A DNA stretch of 64,000 nucleotides from positions 15,066,001-15,130,000 of the forward strand of contig OZ024749.1 of NCBI GenBank assembly GCA_964016885.1, read 5' to 3'. This stretch comes from Eledone cirrhosa. Its lineage: Eukaryota. The position numbers were made by a program, and so were the translations under genes. A model generated the notes under the pieces. It was not told the origin of the DNA, did not search any database, and saw nothing but the letters and a program-made list of their open reading frames with translations. Shown piece by piece: positions 14,345 to 28,193 of the stretch (the stretch's first letter is position 1; every line of letters begins with the position of its first letter).

Positions 14345-15289
14345 TTGGATAAACTACGGTGTGTTTTCTCTTCGAATGCTGTCCAGCAGCAGCAACAACA
14401 ACAACAGCAGCTACAACAGCAACAACAACAACAGCTACAACAACATCAACAACAGCTACAACAACAACATCAACAACAGCAACAACAACAACAACAGTGT
14501 GAACCACTCCTTGATTCATCAACAATGGCCGATCTACTAAATGAAACTATTGGCTCCCCAGTAGCCTCTGTCTCACAGCATGAAACGCCACATCCTTTCT
14601 CTGGCCCAGCAGTCCAATCATCACCACTGCCAACATCTCTGCCTACTACTACTACTGCTACTACAAAATTTTTGTCTACTGCTATGTCAAGGAATTTACC
14701 TTCTAATACCAGAACAAGAACTCTCCCTCCCACAGTCCACAAAGGTCGTCAAATCCTACCCAAACCATCATCTACACCTCTCACAACACCCACACCCACA
14801 TACCCACCCACTCGAAACCCCATCATTTGCCGCTACTCTCTACGCTATAGAATATGTACGGATAGTGGCTGCAAATTCACCCATTTACCTAGGACAAAAC
14901 GATCTATCCCCACAAACAGCCACCACCATAATACATACTCTAATTTAACACCAACACAACCACCAATAACTCAAACAAGGAATCCACAAATCTGCCGTTT
15001 TTCCCTGCGAGACAGATTGTGTTTAGACCGGGATTGTCCCTTTACCCATCTCCCGGGGACCCGTCGGATAAATGAAAATAAAATTAAAAATAAAAGCAAA
15101 AACAAAAACCATAACCTACATAAAAATAACCACTACCACAGTCACCAACAGTCTTCTAAACAGGAAACTTCTTCCTCTTTTTTAGCCATAATGAATCTGG
15201 CAAAAGAACTGGAAAAAAACATTCGAGCTATCACCCAGCACCACCCTCCACTATCACCCCACTGCACAAACTCCCATTGCTGCCATTAA
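14345..15289 (+). CDS. LINE ORF1 (possibly 5'-truncated) with polyQ and two CCCH-type zinc fingers
   Basis: ICRYSLRYRICTDSGCKFTHLP and ICRFSLRDRLCLDRDCPFTHLP (C-x8-C-x4-C-x3-H); lies directly upstream of ORF2. Confidence 0.7.
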   Translation: MDKLRCVFSSNAVQQQQQQQQQLQQQQQQQLQQHQQQLQQQHQQQQQQQQQCEPLLDSSTMADLLNETIGSPVASVSQHETPHPFSGPAVQSSPLPTSLPTTTTATTKFLSTAMSRNLPSNTRTRTLPPTVHKGRQILPKPSSTPLTTPTPTYPPTRNPIICRYSLRYRICTDSGCKFTHLPRTKRSIPTNSHHHNTYSNLTPTQPPITQTRNPQICRFSLRDRLCLDRDCPFTHLPGTRRINENKIKNKSKNKNHNLHKNNHYHSHQQSSKQETSSSFLAIMNLAKELEKNIRAITQHHPPLSPHCTNSHCCH

Positions 15290-18200
15290 CAAACAAACAA
15301 ATTAACAACACACCAAAACAATTAAAACCATCCACTCTCGCCTCTACATTTTTGCTTAACGCCCAAGGCATCAGCCCTTCCACCAATACTCAAAAATGGA
15401 AGATCAAATTCCTGGAGGACTGGATTGATGTCCATCCAAACCACATCCCTTTCTTCGTCCTCACTGAAACCCATCTCAGTAACCTCCACTTGGAAGCCGA
15501 GGTGAAAGTGAAAAATTTCAAAGCCATCCGTGCTGATCGCGCTGGCAGAAGAAAGGGCGGAACTGCCATTTATGTCCATAATTCTTTCTCAACAGAGGCT
15601 ATGAACATATTCACTAATGGATACTGTGAGGCAGTCACTGTATTCAGTCAAACCAACAACCTATTAGTAGTTGGGCTCTATAGGCCACCCCAAACGCCTG
15701 TACCATGCTTCAAGGAATGCCTCAACAGCATAAAGTGTTTCATCCAAGAGTGTCACCCTGACAACATCTTAATGATGGGGGACTTCAACCTCCCCGGAGT
15801 TGACTGGTCCACAAACACCCTGCCACCAGGTTCTTCTGCCTCAACCTCTGACAGGGAAGCTGTGGAATCGCTTCTTGACTTCATGGATGATTTCTTCCTA
15901 TCCCAACTAGTGCTCGAACCAACGAGGTGCCACAAAAACGTCCTAGACTTAATTTTCAGCAATCACACTGACAATATCCACAATATTGCAGTGGAGAAAA
16001 CTCTACTCTCTGATCATGACATGGTTCTCTGTGATCTGAGATTCCACCGTCCAATATACAAACCCAATGTCATTTCTCCTGTCCATCCGTTTGACGCTAT
16101 GGATTTCCACAATGCAAACTGGGAAGCGATCAGTCATGATCTTGCACATGTCGACTGGTCCTTCACGCACACTCATACACCCACTAACATCAAAAAGTCC
16201 TGGCAGACATTTGTGGACACTGTTACAAACATATGTGCTAAACACACCCCATTAAGAACTATAAACAAATCTAAGAGCAGAATCCCTAGAAATAGAAAAA
16301 CGCTCATCAGAAAAATTAAGAGAACGAACAAAAAAATCAACAATCTGAAATACTGTCAGCAGCAACACATCAACTTGACTGCCATTTCATCACTAGAGAT
16401 TAAAAAACATAACCTCCAAAACAACATAATGTCCCTCATCAACAATCAGAGAAGAGCTGAAGAGGCCTGGGCCATTGAGAAGATCAAACTCAATCCCAAA
16501 GTGTTCTTTTCATTTGCAAAAAAACACAAAATCACTGGCTCTACTGTTGGCCCTCTAATTGATGAAAATGGCACTCTTCAAGACAATGCTAAAACCATGG
16601 GTGAGATACTGCAGAAACAATACTGCTCTGTTTTCAGCAATCCTGATATGGCCGATCTGGGCTGTATCGGCGATGTTACTCCCCATTACACCTTATCGGA
16701 CATAACGTTTGGCGCCCCTGATGTCTTGGCGGCAATAAAGGAAATCAAGCATAATTCAGCAGTAGGTCCCGATAGGTTCCCTGCTTGTGTCCTGAAGGCG
16801 TGTCAACACCAACTTGCTTCTCCTCTTGCCAATCTGTGGCGGAACTCACTGGATGCTGGATATGTGCCAGAAAACCTTCTATCCCAGTCTGTTGTCCCAG
16901 TTTTCAAAAAGGGAAACAAATCCCTTGCCGTGAATTACCGTCCAATCTCACTCACCTCTCATATCATTAAGGTATTTGAGCGAGTGGTGAGATCGCGAAT
17001 GACCCACTTCCTTGAGAGTAACAATATGCTGAACTCCAACCAGCATGGATTCCGTAATGGAAGGGATTGCCTGACGCAACTACTGCATCACTTTGATGAC
17101 ATTTTGAGAGCCTTGGGAGAGGGTTCCAACACTGATGTTATCTACCTTGATTTCAGCAAGGCCTTTGACAGGGTTGATCATAACATTCTACTGAGAAAGC
17201 TGTCCAATATTGGTGTCACTGGAAAGCTGCTGCAGTGGATCAAGAGCTTCCTGTCAAACAGAACCCAACATGTTGTAGTTGAGGGAGTCAAATCAAGCCC
17301 AGCCAAAGTCAGTAGTGGAGTCCCACAAGGCACTGTGTTGGGCCCACTTCTCTTCATCATCTATATTAATGACATCACTGACATCATCAAACACAGCAAC
17401 ATTAAAATTTTCGCTGATGATTCCAAGCTCCAAAAGGTCATCAATGGCGTGGATGACCGGATAAGCCTTCAGTCAGACCTACTGGCTGTTACCCAATGGG
17501 CAGAAAAGAACAACATGTTACTGAACGAAGACAAATTCGAACTGATCCACTTTGGAAAAGAGGATGCTCTGAAACTCCCGTACTCCCTTCCCTCCGGGGA
17601 AACTCTCGTGGCATCTAACAACATCAGAGACTTGGGAGTAACCGTGGACAGCAACATAAGCTGGACCACGCATATAAGCAGCAAAGTTGACATGGCCCGC
17701 AGAATGTGTTCCTGGATCCTCAGAACCTTCCAGTCGAGAGATTCCCGCACCATTATCCTTCTCTTCTCTACTTTCGCCCGACCACACCTTGAATACTGTT
17801 GTCCACTGTGGTCTCCCCACACGAAACAAAGTATCATGAAACTTGAAGCTCCTCAAAGGGCAATCACGAAAAAGATAGATGGCATGTCAGACCTTGACTA
17901 CTGGGGTCGATTGGAAAACCTGAAACTTTACTCACTCCAACGTCGCCGTGAGCGTTATATTATCTGCATGATGTGGAAAATGTTCCATCATCACTGCCCA
18001 AATGATGTTGGCATCGCCTTTAAGATACACCCAAGGCTTGGGCCCCGTGCTATCCGTCCCATTCAAAAATCTAAATCGCAACTCATAACAACAATACGGC
18101 ACAATTATTTCACCTCAATCGGCCCTGCTCTCTTCAACATCACACCAGGACACGTCAAAACAGAAACTGACCACACAAAATTCAAGAAGTCTTTGGACAA

Positions 18201-18297
18201 ATTCCTCCAAGTAATCCCGGACAAACCACCCACACCCGGATATGTCTCCGCAAACAGTAATTCTCTTCTCGAATGGGCCATGGTGCCCAAATCCTGA
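15277..18297 (+). CDS. LINE ORF2: APE endonuclease + reverse transcriptase, uninterrupted (1006 aa; frame open from 15160)
   Basis: LLNAQGI, LTETHL, MGDFNLP, LDLIFSN, SDHDMV; [64 protein letters not shown]. Confidence 0.95.
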   Translation: MLPLTNKQINNTPKQLKPSTLASTFLLNAQGISPSTNTQKWKIKFLEDWIDVHPNHIPFFVLTETHLSNLHLEAEVKVKNFKAIRADRAGRRKGGTAIYVHNSFSTEAMNIFTNGYCEAVTVFSQTNNLLVVGLYRPPQTPVPCFKECLNSIKCFIQECHPDNILMMGDFNLPGVDWSTNTLPPGSSASTSDREAVESLLDFMDDFFLSQLVLEPTRCHKNVLDLIFSNHTDNIHNIAVEKTLLSDHDMVLCDLRFHRPIYKPNVISPVHPFDAMDFHNANWEAISHDLAHVDWSFTHTHTPTNIKKSWQTFVDTVTNICAKHTPLRTINKSKSRIPRNRKTLIRKIKRTNKKINNLKYCQQQHINLTAISSLEIKKHNLQNNIMSLINNQRRAEEAWAIEKIKLNPKVFFSFAKKHKITGSTVGPLIDENGTLQDNAKTMGEILQKQYCSVFSNPDMADLGCIGDVTPHYTLSDITFGAPDVLAAIKEIKHNSAVGPDRFPACVLKACQHQLASPLANLWRNSLDAGYVPENLLSQSVVPVFKKGNKSLAVNYRPISLTSHIIKVFERVVRSRMTHFLESNNMLNSNQHGFRNGRDCLTQLLHHFDDILRALGEGSNTDVIYLDFSKAFDRVDHNILLRKLSNIGVTGKLLQWIKSFLSNRTQHVVVEGVKSSPAKVSSGVPQGTVLGPLLFIIYINDITDIIKHSNIKIFADDSKLQKVINGVDDRISLQSDLLAVTQWAEKNNMLLNEDKFELIHFGKEDALKLPYSLPSGETLVASNNIRDLGVTVDSNISWTTHISSKVDMARRMCSWILRTFQSRDSRTIILLFSTFARPHLEYCCPLWSPHTKQSIMKLEAPQRAITKKIDGMSDLDYWGRLENLKLYSLQRRRERYIICMMWKMFHHHCPNDVGIAFKIHPRLGPRAIRPIQKSKSQLITTIRHNYFTSIGPALFNITPGHVKTETDHTKFKKSLDKFLQVIPDKPPTPGYVSANSNSLLEWAMVPKS

Positions 18298-18405
18298 ATT
18301 GAAAGACTTCGCCAGGTGGTGCTATTAAGTTAGACATGGCCTGGGCCAATACTGGCCAAAACATTTCAAAGTTATTCAAAGTTATACATATATACATATA
18401 TATGT

Positions 18406-18452
<47 letters not shown>

Positions 18453-18541
18453 CATATATATATATACACATATATATATATACATATATATATATACATA
18501 TATATATATATACATATATATATATACATATATATATATAC

Positions 18542-18624
<83 letters not shown>

Positions 18625-18701
18625 CATATATATACATATATATACATATATATACATATATACATATATATACATATATACATATATACATATATATATA
18701 C

Positions 18702-18744
<43 letters not shown>

Positions 18745-18759
18745 TATACATATATATAC

Positions 18760-18796
<37 letters not shown>

Positions 18797-18855
18797 CATA
18801 TATATACATATATATATATATATACATATATATACATATATATATACATATATAT

Positions 18856-18896
<41 letters not shown>

Positions 18897-18912
18897 TATA
18901 TACATATATATA

Positions 18913-18946
<34 letters not shown>

Positions 18947-19323
18947 TATATACATATATATATACATATATATATATATACACATATATATATACATATA
19001 TAGATATACATATATATATATATACATACATATATATATACATATATATACATATATATATACATATATATACATATATATACATATATATACATATACA
19101 TATATATACATATATATACATATACATATATATACATATACATATATATATATACACATATATATACATATATATATACATATATATATACACATATATA
19201 TATACATATATATATACACATATATATATATACATATATATATACACATATACATATATATATACATATACATATATACATATACATATATATATATATA
19301 TACATATACATATACATATATAC

Positions 19324-19355
<32 letters not shown>

Positions 19356-19409
19356 ATATATATATATACACATATATATATATATACATATACACATATA
19401 TACATATAC

Positions 19410-19444
<35 letters not shown>

Positions 19445-19445
19445 C

Positions 19446-19516
<71 letters not shown>

Positions 19517-19543
19517 CATATATATATACACATATATATATAC

Positions 19544-19582
<39 letters not shown>

Positions 19583-19612
19583 CATATATATATACATATT
19601 TCGTTTCTGAAT

Positions 19613-20407
19613 GTGTCCCGCATGTGCAACCCCGAAGAACTAGAGAGACACATACAACACTTCATCTACCATATGCAGTTCTCTGGCTACAATCAGAGAG
19701 ATAGAATCAGAGTGTATAGAGGAGCCAGAACCAAATGGGAAAAAATGGTAAATAATGACATAAATGGGACCTGCCCCTTGTATAGGAGCAACTTTTGGAA
19801 TAGAATAGAAAGAACTAGGAACAAGGCTAATAGAATAAACTCATGGTATGATAGCAATAAATACCAGAGTGTAATGTTCATCAATACAACCCCTAGAGGC
19901 GAACTAGCCTACAAATTTAGAAGGGCCCTAAAGAAACATAAACTCAATATTAAGATAGTAGAAAGACCAGGTACCTCCGTAAAAACACTTATTAGCAAGA
20001 CATACCCTTTTCAAAGACCCTCATGTATAGATAAGAAATGTATAACCTCTAAAATAAGCCCCCATATTAACTGTAAAACTAGAAATGTAGTGTATAGCAT
20101 AAGATGTACTGAAGGACAATGTAGAAACAAAAATATAGTGTACATAGGTGAGACAGCTCGTAGTATAGGGGAACGGATAAATGAACACTGGCGAGACCTT
20201 CAAGATGATAAAGAATCATCTGTACTCTACCAACATGCTAAGATAGAACACAAGGGTAAATTAGAGAACATAGAAATAAAAATAGAATCCACACACAGAA
20301 AAGATGCAATGTTTAGGCAAATTACAGAGGCAATAAACATAAAAGAATTACAACCAAAATTAAATAGAAAATATGAGTGGAACAGCAACATCACAACTTA
20401 CAATTAA
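19613..20407 (+). CDS. PLE polyprotein C-terminal part (thumb/linker + GIY-YIG endonuclease)
   Basis: [13 protein letters not shown]...[17 protein letters not shown]...[17 protein letters not shown] = GIY-YIG motifs; MQFSGYN thumb-like motif upstream; the RT core is missing. Confidence 0.85.
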   Translation: MSRMCNPEELERHIQHFIYHMQFSGYNQRDRIRVYRGARTKWEKMVNNDINGTCPLYRSNFWNRIERTRNKANRINSWYDSNKYQSVMFINTTPRGELAYKFRRALKKHKLNIKIVERPGTSVKTLISKTYPFQRPSCIDKKCITSKISPHINCKTRNVVYSIRCTEGQCRNKNIVYIGETARSIGERINEHWRDLQDDKESSVLYQHAKIEHKGKLENIEIKIESTHRKDAMFRQITEAINIKELQPKLNRKYEWNSNITTYN

Positions 20408-20619
20408 GGACAAAATGAAAACACACACACACATAGAATAAACAACCAACCAGTAACATGTAAATAAATAAATAAATAAACAAATAGATAAATGAACATA
20501 AACACACACAGACACCCGGATGTGGCGCATGCGCAAACTGAGCACACAACACACACACAGAAACAAAATGGCGTAGGACAGAACAAAGGAAAGGCACAGA
20601 AACAAAGAAAGGAATCCCC

Positions 20620-20664
20620 AGTCACTGAAGAGGTCACAGAGTGTGTGACGAAAGGACTATGACT
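20620..20664 (+). ncRNA. Hammerhead ribozyme in PLE pLTR
   Basis: agtca-CTGAAGA-g-gtcaca gagtg tgtgac-GAAA-g ga CTA-tgact; stems I and II are perfect. Confidence 0.75.
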
Positions 20665-20850
20665 ATATATAAACAACTATCTGGTTGTGGAACCAACCAA
20701 CCAACCAGAAATTTATAAATTTATAAATTTATAAGTATATAATAAATTGAAGTGAAAGCAACTGGTGCGTGTGTTTCTTATTGGCAACATGACCCTCCCA
20801 AAGTATAACAATATATATACATATATATATACATATATATATATACATAC

Positions 20851-20883
<33 letters not shown>

Positions 20884-20890
20884 CATATAC

Positions 20891-20939
<49 letters not shown>

Positions 20940-20996
20940 CATATACATATATATATATATACATATACATATACATATATATATATATATATATAT

Positions 20997-21330
20997 GGAG
21001 GCACATGGCTTAGTGGTTAGAGCATTGGCCTTGAAATCGAAAGGTTTTGAATTCAATTATCAGACCAGGTGATGTGTTGTTTCCTTGAGCAAGACACTTT
21101 ATTTCACATTACTCCAGTTTACTCAGCTGTAGAAATGAGATGATAGGACTGGGGTCCCTATCATTCCACTGCCAAGTGGTCGTGGAGGCGCCACGGCAAA
21201 AAAGCACCCAGCACTCACTGTAAATGAGGTTGGTGTTAGGAAGGGCATCCAGCTGTAGAAATCAAGCCAGAATCAGTTCCCGTCCCACCCTTGTAAGCAG
21301 GGAAAAGTGGACGTAAGATGAAATCATGAA
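20997..21330 (+). mobile_element. tRNA-headed SINE with an RTE-derived 3' tail
   Basis: A box tggcttagtggttag, body ccttgagcaagacacttt, tail ggttggtgttaggaagggcatccagctgtagaaa shared with the RTE 3'UTR. Confidence 0.8.
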
Positions 21331-21432
21331 ATATATACATATAAATTTAATTTATAATAAATTGGAGTGAAAGCAACTGGTACGTGTGTTTCTTATTGGC
21401 AACATGACCCTCCCAAAGCATAACAATATATG

Positions 21433-21471
<39 letters not shown>

Positions 21472-21558
21472 GAAAAATATGGGGAGAAGAATACTGCATG
21501 GTTGCACATGGATAATATGTTATAAAATGAGTCCCTCATCAGTGGTATTTCATTGCAT

Positions 21559-21590
<32 letters not shown>

Positions 21591-21604
21591 TATACATATA
21601 CATA

Positions 21605-22211
21605 TATTGTTATGCTTTGGGAGGGTCATGCACCAGTTGCTTTCACTCTAATTTATTATAAATTAAATTTATAAATTTAAGAATTTATAAATTTCCGGTT
21701 GGTTGGTTGGTTCCACAACCAGACGATTGTTCATATATTGTGAAACTTCTTTCGTCACACATTCTGTGACCTCTTCAGTGACTGAGGATTATTTTCTTTG
21801 TTTTTGTGCCTCTCCTTTGTTCTGTCCTACGCCATCTTGTTTTTGTGTGTTGTGTGCTTAGTTTGCGCATGTGTTACATCCGGGTGTCTGTGTGTGTTTA
21901 TATTTGTTTATTTATTTGTTTATTTACATGTTACTGGTTGGTTGTTTGTTCTATGTGTGTGTGCGTTTTCATTTTGTCCTTAATTGTGACGAAAGAACTT
22001 TGACAATATATGAACAATCGTCTGGTTGTGGAACCAACCAACCAACCGGAAATTTATAAATTTAATTCATAAATTTATAATAAATTGTAGTGAAAGCAAC
22101 TGGTGCATGTGTTTCTTATTGGCAACACGACCCTCCTAAAGTATAACAATATCGGTTTCAACACACGTTTTCAGATAAAGAATCTTGCTAAACAAATTCA
22201 GAAACGAAATA

Positions 22212-22212
<1 letters not shown>
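21605..22212. mobile_element. Inverted pLTR (21605-21985, minus) joined to a partial direct pLTR (21985-22212, plus) of the same PLE family
   Basis: 21660-21985 is the reverse complement of 20404-20750; 21985 onward restarts at the HHR stem II (tgtgacgaaag...). Confidence 0.85.
21739..21783 (-). ncRNA. Hammerhead ribozyme in inverted pLTR (stem I eroded)
   Basis: agtca-CTGAAGA-ggtcacagaatgtgtgac-GAAA-gaagtttcaca on the minus strand. Confidence 0.55.
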
Positions 22213-22247
<35 letters not shown>

Positions 22248-23366
22248 AAGCACACAAACGCACACGACACAACACAACACACACACAACACAGTACACGC
22301 ACATACACATTATATATATATATACATACACACACACACACATCATGATTTAAGTTAACTGTTATTGACGTTTAACTTGAATTTCATTTAATTACACTAA
22401 TTACTTAGTAAATTAACAAATTAATACATTAGAATTGAGGTGTTGTGGGGGAAGTGACAGACTAACTAATGAGGGGGTGGAAGGTAGCTTAATAGTAAGT
22501 AGTTCTCATTTGATATTGAAGAGGTGGGCTGGTTGTTCTCAATGGCCTTTGATACCCCTGTAATAATTTGAAACCTGTCAACCCTCCCCATCCGACGGGG
22601 AGATCTCCCACTCACTTTGGGGTGGGTGAGAGATGTCTTCTCTTGTGAAAATAGGTATAGCTTTCATTATGTAAAATCTCTCCATCTTGCCTCATTTCTC
22701 CCCGTTTTGGGGCACTTTTGTTCCAAGGTATTTCCCGTTTAGGTTTTTAGAGGTTGGCAAGTCTGTAACTTACAATCTCGTCTAACATCATTTACTGTAG
22801 AATGTAGTATCAAATATATCGCACACGGCCCTTTACATTCTGAGTTCAAATCCCGCCATGGTTAGCTTTCCCTTTCATCCTTACGGGGGTCGAGAAAATA
22901 AAGTACCAGTAATGCACTGGGGTTAATTTAATCAACTTACCCCTCCCCTGAAATTAATGGCCTTGTGCCTATAGTAGAAAATCATTATTACTATTATTAT
23001 TCAACCATACGGGGTCGATAAATAGAGTACCAGTAATGTACTGGAGTCGATTTAATTGACTTGCCCCTTCCCAAAAAATTGTTGGCCTTTTGTCTAAATC
23101 AGAAACCATTATTATAGGAGAGGGCTGCCCTCCATTACATTTGCTAAAAGGTGGGTGGATGTTTCAAGAATGCCTCGTGTGAATGTACCTAGTGAGAGCA
23201 GGCTGGCTGATTTGAAGAGGAGAGGGGTGCCCTCGCCATGTGCTCTCGAAGCGTTGGGTGTTTCAGAATTGATGGGTTTCCTCAGTTGTCCCTGGATGGT
23301 TCTTCCCCTATTGGGAAATTTGTTTTGTTATATTTTTATTGTTACCCTTGCTTTTTACTCGAATAT

Positions 23367-24963
23367 GGGCCTCACACACCCTAATCTCACTACCACCACC
23401 ACCACCATCAGACTGCTGAACATATCTTGGATGAAGGTCTGGGTCTCCATTAACCCAACAATAGGGGCCTCACACACCCTAATCTCACTACCACCACCAC
23501 CACCATCAGACTGCTGAACATATCTTGGATGAAGGTCTGGGTCTCCATTAACCCAACAATAGGGGCCTCACACACCCTAATCTCACTACCACCACCACCA
23601 CCATCAGACTGCTGAACATATCTTGGATGAAGGTCTGGGTCTCCATTAACCCAACAATAGGGGCCTCACACACCCTAATCTCACTACCACCACCACCACC
23701 ATCAGACTGCTGAACATATCTTGGATGAAGGTCTGGGTCTCCATTAACCCAACAATAGGGGCCTCACACACCCTAATCTCACTACCACCACCACCACCAT
23801 CAGACTGCTGAACATATCTTGGATGAAGGTCTGGGTCTCCATTAACCCAACAATAGGGGCCTCACACACCCTAATCTCACTACCACCACCACCACCATCA
23901 GACTGCTGAACATATCTTGGATGAAGGTCTGGGTCTCCATTAACCCAACAATAGGGGCCTCACACACCCTAATCTCACTACCACCACCACCACCATCAGA
24001 CTGCTGAACATATCTTGGATGAAGGTCTGGGTCTCCATTAACCCAACAATAGGGGCCTCACACACCCTAATCTCACTACCACCACCACCACCATCAGACT
24101 GCTGAACATATCTTGGATGAAGGTCTGGGTCTCCATTAACCCAACAATAGGGGCCTCACACACCCTAATCTCACTACCACCACCACCACCATCAGACTGC
24201 TGAACATATCTTGGATGAAGGTCTGGGTCTCCATTAACCCAACAATAGGGGCCTCACACACCCTAATCTCACTACCACCACCACCACCATCAGACTGCTG
24301 AACATATCTTGGATGAAGGTCTGGGTCTCCATTAACCCAACAATAGGGGCCTCACACACCCTAATCTCACTACCACCACCACCACCATCAGACTGCTGAA
24401 CATATCTTGGATGAAGGTCTGGGTCTCCATTAACCCAACAATAGGGGCCTCACACACCCTAATCTCACTACCACCACCACCACCATCAGACTGCTGAACA
24501 TATCTTGGATGAAGGTCTGGGTCTCCATTAACCCAACAATAGGGGCCTCACACACCCTAATCTCACTACCACCACCACCACCATCAGACTGCTGAACATA
24601 TCTTGGATGAAGGTCTGGGTCTCCATTAACCCAACAATAGGGGCCTCACACACCCTAATCTCACTACCACCACCACCACCATCAGACTGCTGAACATATC
24701 TTGGATGAAGGTCTGGGTCTCCATTAACCCAACAATAGGGGCCTCACACACCCTAATCTCACTACCACCACCACCACCATCAGACTGCTGAACATATCTT
24801 GGATGAAGGTCTGGGTCTCCATTAACCCAACAATAGGGGCCTCACACACCCTAATCTCACTACCACCACCACCACCATCAGACTGCTGAACATATCTTGG
24901 ATGAAGGTCTGGGTCTCCATTAACCCAACAATAGGGGCCTCACACACCCTAATCTCACTACCA
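23367..24963. repeat. 97-bp tandem repeat, ~16.5 copies with no variation seen
   Basis: ataggggcct recurs every 97 bp. Confidence 0.98.
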
Positions 24964-26338
24964 TAAACTGGTTACGACACCTGGGGGACATTAGAAACAA
25001 GAACTGATGCTGCCATGAACACCCACTTTAGTCTCGTTGGCACAACATGCACCCAGTCCTCTCTGTAAAGTAGTTGCAAGAGTACCCAGTTGTAACAACA
25101 ACAATGTCCCCTAAAAGTAAGAATCATCATCATCATCGTCATCGTTTTATGTCTATTTACTACACCTGGCATGGGTTGGACAGGTTGGTACTGTTTTGGA
25201 CAGGACTTGTCAGATGAACAGATCCAAGACTTAGTAGGAGGGATAAAACAGACATGATGATGATGGTGGAGGTGGAGGAGGAAGGGGAGGTAGTAGTGGA
25301 GGAGGAGGGGAGGAGGTGAAGGATGAGGAGGGAAAACGAGGTGGATGAGGGAGTGGTCAAATGAGGATAAGGTGGAGGAGGGGGTTGAAGATGATGAGGG
25401 AGGGGGGAAGAGAGTATGAGGATGATGAGGGGGAAGAGAAAGAGAAAGAAGTGGACATAGAATGTGAGTATCATCTCTAACATGTGTATATGTGTGTGTG
25501 TATGTGTGTGTGTATGTGTATATTTGTGTGTGTGTGTGTGTATATATTTGTGTGTGTGGTTGTGACTGTTACTGCAGCTGAATGTGACATGTAATTGGGT
25601 CAACATAAAACCTAACTAGGTCAACATGAAAACAAAAACTGGGTCAAATCCAGCCTAATTGACATAAAAAGTACAATAACAACAACAACAACAATAACAA
25701 AAATAATAACATGTACAATAACAATAATATGTAATAACAGAATATTTGTTATCTAATTGTTATGTAACATACAACAGCAATAACTACTACTACTGCTGCT
25801 GCTACTACTACTACTACTGCTGCTACTACTACTACTGTTGCTGTTACTACTACTGCTGCTACTACTACTGCTGCTGCTGTTACTACTGCTGCTGTTGCTG
25901 TTACTACTACTGCTGCTACTACTACTACTACTGCTGCTACTACTACTACTGTTGCTGTTACTACTACTGCTGCTGCTGTTACTACTGCTGCTGTTGGTGC
26001 TGCTACTACTACTACAAGATATAACCACCTGCCACCACTATAACAACAAAAACACTACCAACAACAGATATCATTAATTCTCATCCTGTACCACGTAAAA
26101 CCGCATTAGCAAGACATTGTTGAAAAGTATAAAACATCACATTGACTGCATCACATAAAATATTGAAGTCTTTACTCCAATATTACAAATTTTCACAGCA
26201 TTCTGTCCTCCAGTAAAGATACTATAAACATTTGAATTAACAAACCACATCAAACCACATTAGAAAGAATACATCACATTAAATATTAAAGTCTTTACTC
26301 TAATATTACACATTTTCACAGCATTCTGTTCCCCAGTA

Positions 26339-26735
26339 AATAATAATGAAAATATTGTGTACAGTGCTCAGGTGCACTACAACTCATCAAAAGTGTATGT
26401 ATAGTACATAGGGTAATGTACAAACGTCAGGAAAATGAGTCATGATATACACATGTGTGCATGTGTATGGAAGCGGTACATCAAGTGTAGTTTTGGCAAA
26501 TTTCGGGAAGCATGAGGGTTTTAAAGGATGCAGTGTCTCGGCAGCTAACAACTGACGCAGGCAGTTTGTTCCATGCTTTAGCAACTCTAAGCGTGAAAAA
26601 ATGTTTCCGAAAGTCATGGGAGCTGTGCTGCTTTCTGATTTTGTAGGCATATCCACATGTGTTAGAGACATGGAGATCAAAAAGGTGCTCAGGGTTGTTG
26701 TTGGCGAGATGGTTAATAACTTTGTGTGTGTTTAC
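26339..26735 (-). mobile_element. CR1-type LINE 3' fragment
   Basis: ORF 26481..26759: RKHFFTLRVAKAWNKLPASVVSCRDTASFK. Confidence 0.8.
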
Positions 26736-27629
26736 CACTATAAACATTTGAATTAACAAACCACATTAGAAAAAATACATCACATTAAATATTAAAGTCT
26801 TTACTCTAATATTACAAATTTTCACAATCACCTGTCCACTAGTAAAGATACTATAAACATTTGAATTAACAAACATATTTTTTTTTATATTTTTCTGTTA
26901 AACCCTTACAGGATGTTATGGTTTAACATTGCAATTGGTTCCAAAACACAAAATTGGTAAATTTAAAGAATGAAAAATATTCTTCGTCAATATTATATAA
27001 ATGAAAGGGGAGTCTTGTGTGTGTGTGTGTGTCTGAGTGCATTGGTGTGTGCGTATGCATGTGTGTGTGTAAGTGTATATATATATATGTGTGTATGTGA
27101 GTGTATCAGTGTGTGTGTGTGAGTATATATATATGTGTGTGTGTGTGAGCATATATACATGTGGGTGTATGTGTGTGAGTATGTGTGTATGAGTATGTGT
27201 GTGTATCTGTTATTTTTGATAGAAAAAAACAAATTACACAGCTCTACCATATTTCTGTGGTGTGTCTTTACAGAGATCTCTTATACAGGGAGGTAGAAAA
27301 ATAAGCCAGGAAGGAAGTCAGCTATCTCTGGCCCACAAGCACTTCCTGTTTTTCAACCTTCTTGCATCTGATTAGCTTTTTTCTGTCTCTGTTATTTCTC
27401 ATCATCATCATTATTATCACTATTATCATCATCATTATCATCATCATCATCACTATTATCATCATCATTACTAGCATCATCATCACTATCATCATCACTA
27501 TTACCATCATCATCATCATCCTCACCATCATTGTCACCACCATCCCCATCATAGTCATTATTGTCATCACTATTAATATTAGTATCAATGTCATCACCAC
27601 CATTAACACCATTGCCACTATTATAACAA

Positions 27630-27633
27630 TTGA

Positions 27634-27670
<37 letters not shown>

Positions 27671-28161
27671 GGTGGTAGTAGTGGTGGTGGTGGTGGTGGT
27701 AGTAGTAGTGGTGGTAGTAGTGGTGGTGGTGGTAGTGGTGGTGGTAGTAGTAGTGGTGGTGGTAGTAGTGGTGGTGGTAGTGGTGGTGGTACTAGTGGTG
27801 GTGGTAGTAGTAGTGGTGGTGGTGGTGGTGGTAGTGGTGGTGGTGGTGGTGGTGGTAGTGGTGATGGTGGTGACAGTAGCGGTGGTGGTGGTGGTGGTAG
27901 TGGTGGTGGTAGTAGTGGTGGTGGTGGTGGTGGTAGTGGTGGTGGTGTGGTGGTAGTAGTGGTGGTGGTGGTGGTGGTAGTGGTGGTGGTGGTGGTGGTG
28001 GTAGTGGTGGTGACAGTAGTGGTGGTGGTGGTGGTGGTAGTGGTGGTGGTGGTGGTAGTAGTGGTGGTGGTGGTGGTGGTGGTAGTGGTGGTGGTGGTAG
28101 TGGTGGTGGTAGTGGTGGTGGTGTGGTGGTGGTAGTGGTGGTAATGGTGGTGGTGGTGGTG

Positions 28162-28193
<32 letters not shown>

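Larger units (their letters stand above)
14284..18384 (+). mobile_element. CR1-group (CR1/L2/Crack/Daphne-like) LINE, two ORFs, flanked on both sides by (TA)n
   Basis: ORF1 and intact ORF2, short 3'UTR ending in (TTCAAAGTTA)2; clade within the CR1 group not resolved. Confidence 0.9.
19598..20810 (+). mobile_element. 5'-truncated Penelope-like element (PLE): RT thumb/linker + GIY-YIG ORF followed by a pseudo-LTR with a hammerhead ribozyme
   Basis: GIY-YIG ORF, downstream HHR motif and pLTR sequence re-found at 21350-22210, 29480-29655 and 52700-53150. Confidence 0.85.

Noticed and set aside
21530-21550. Minus-strand CTGATGA (also lone cores at 35134 and 53615)
   Set aside because: No properly placed GAAA/NUH half; at most relics
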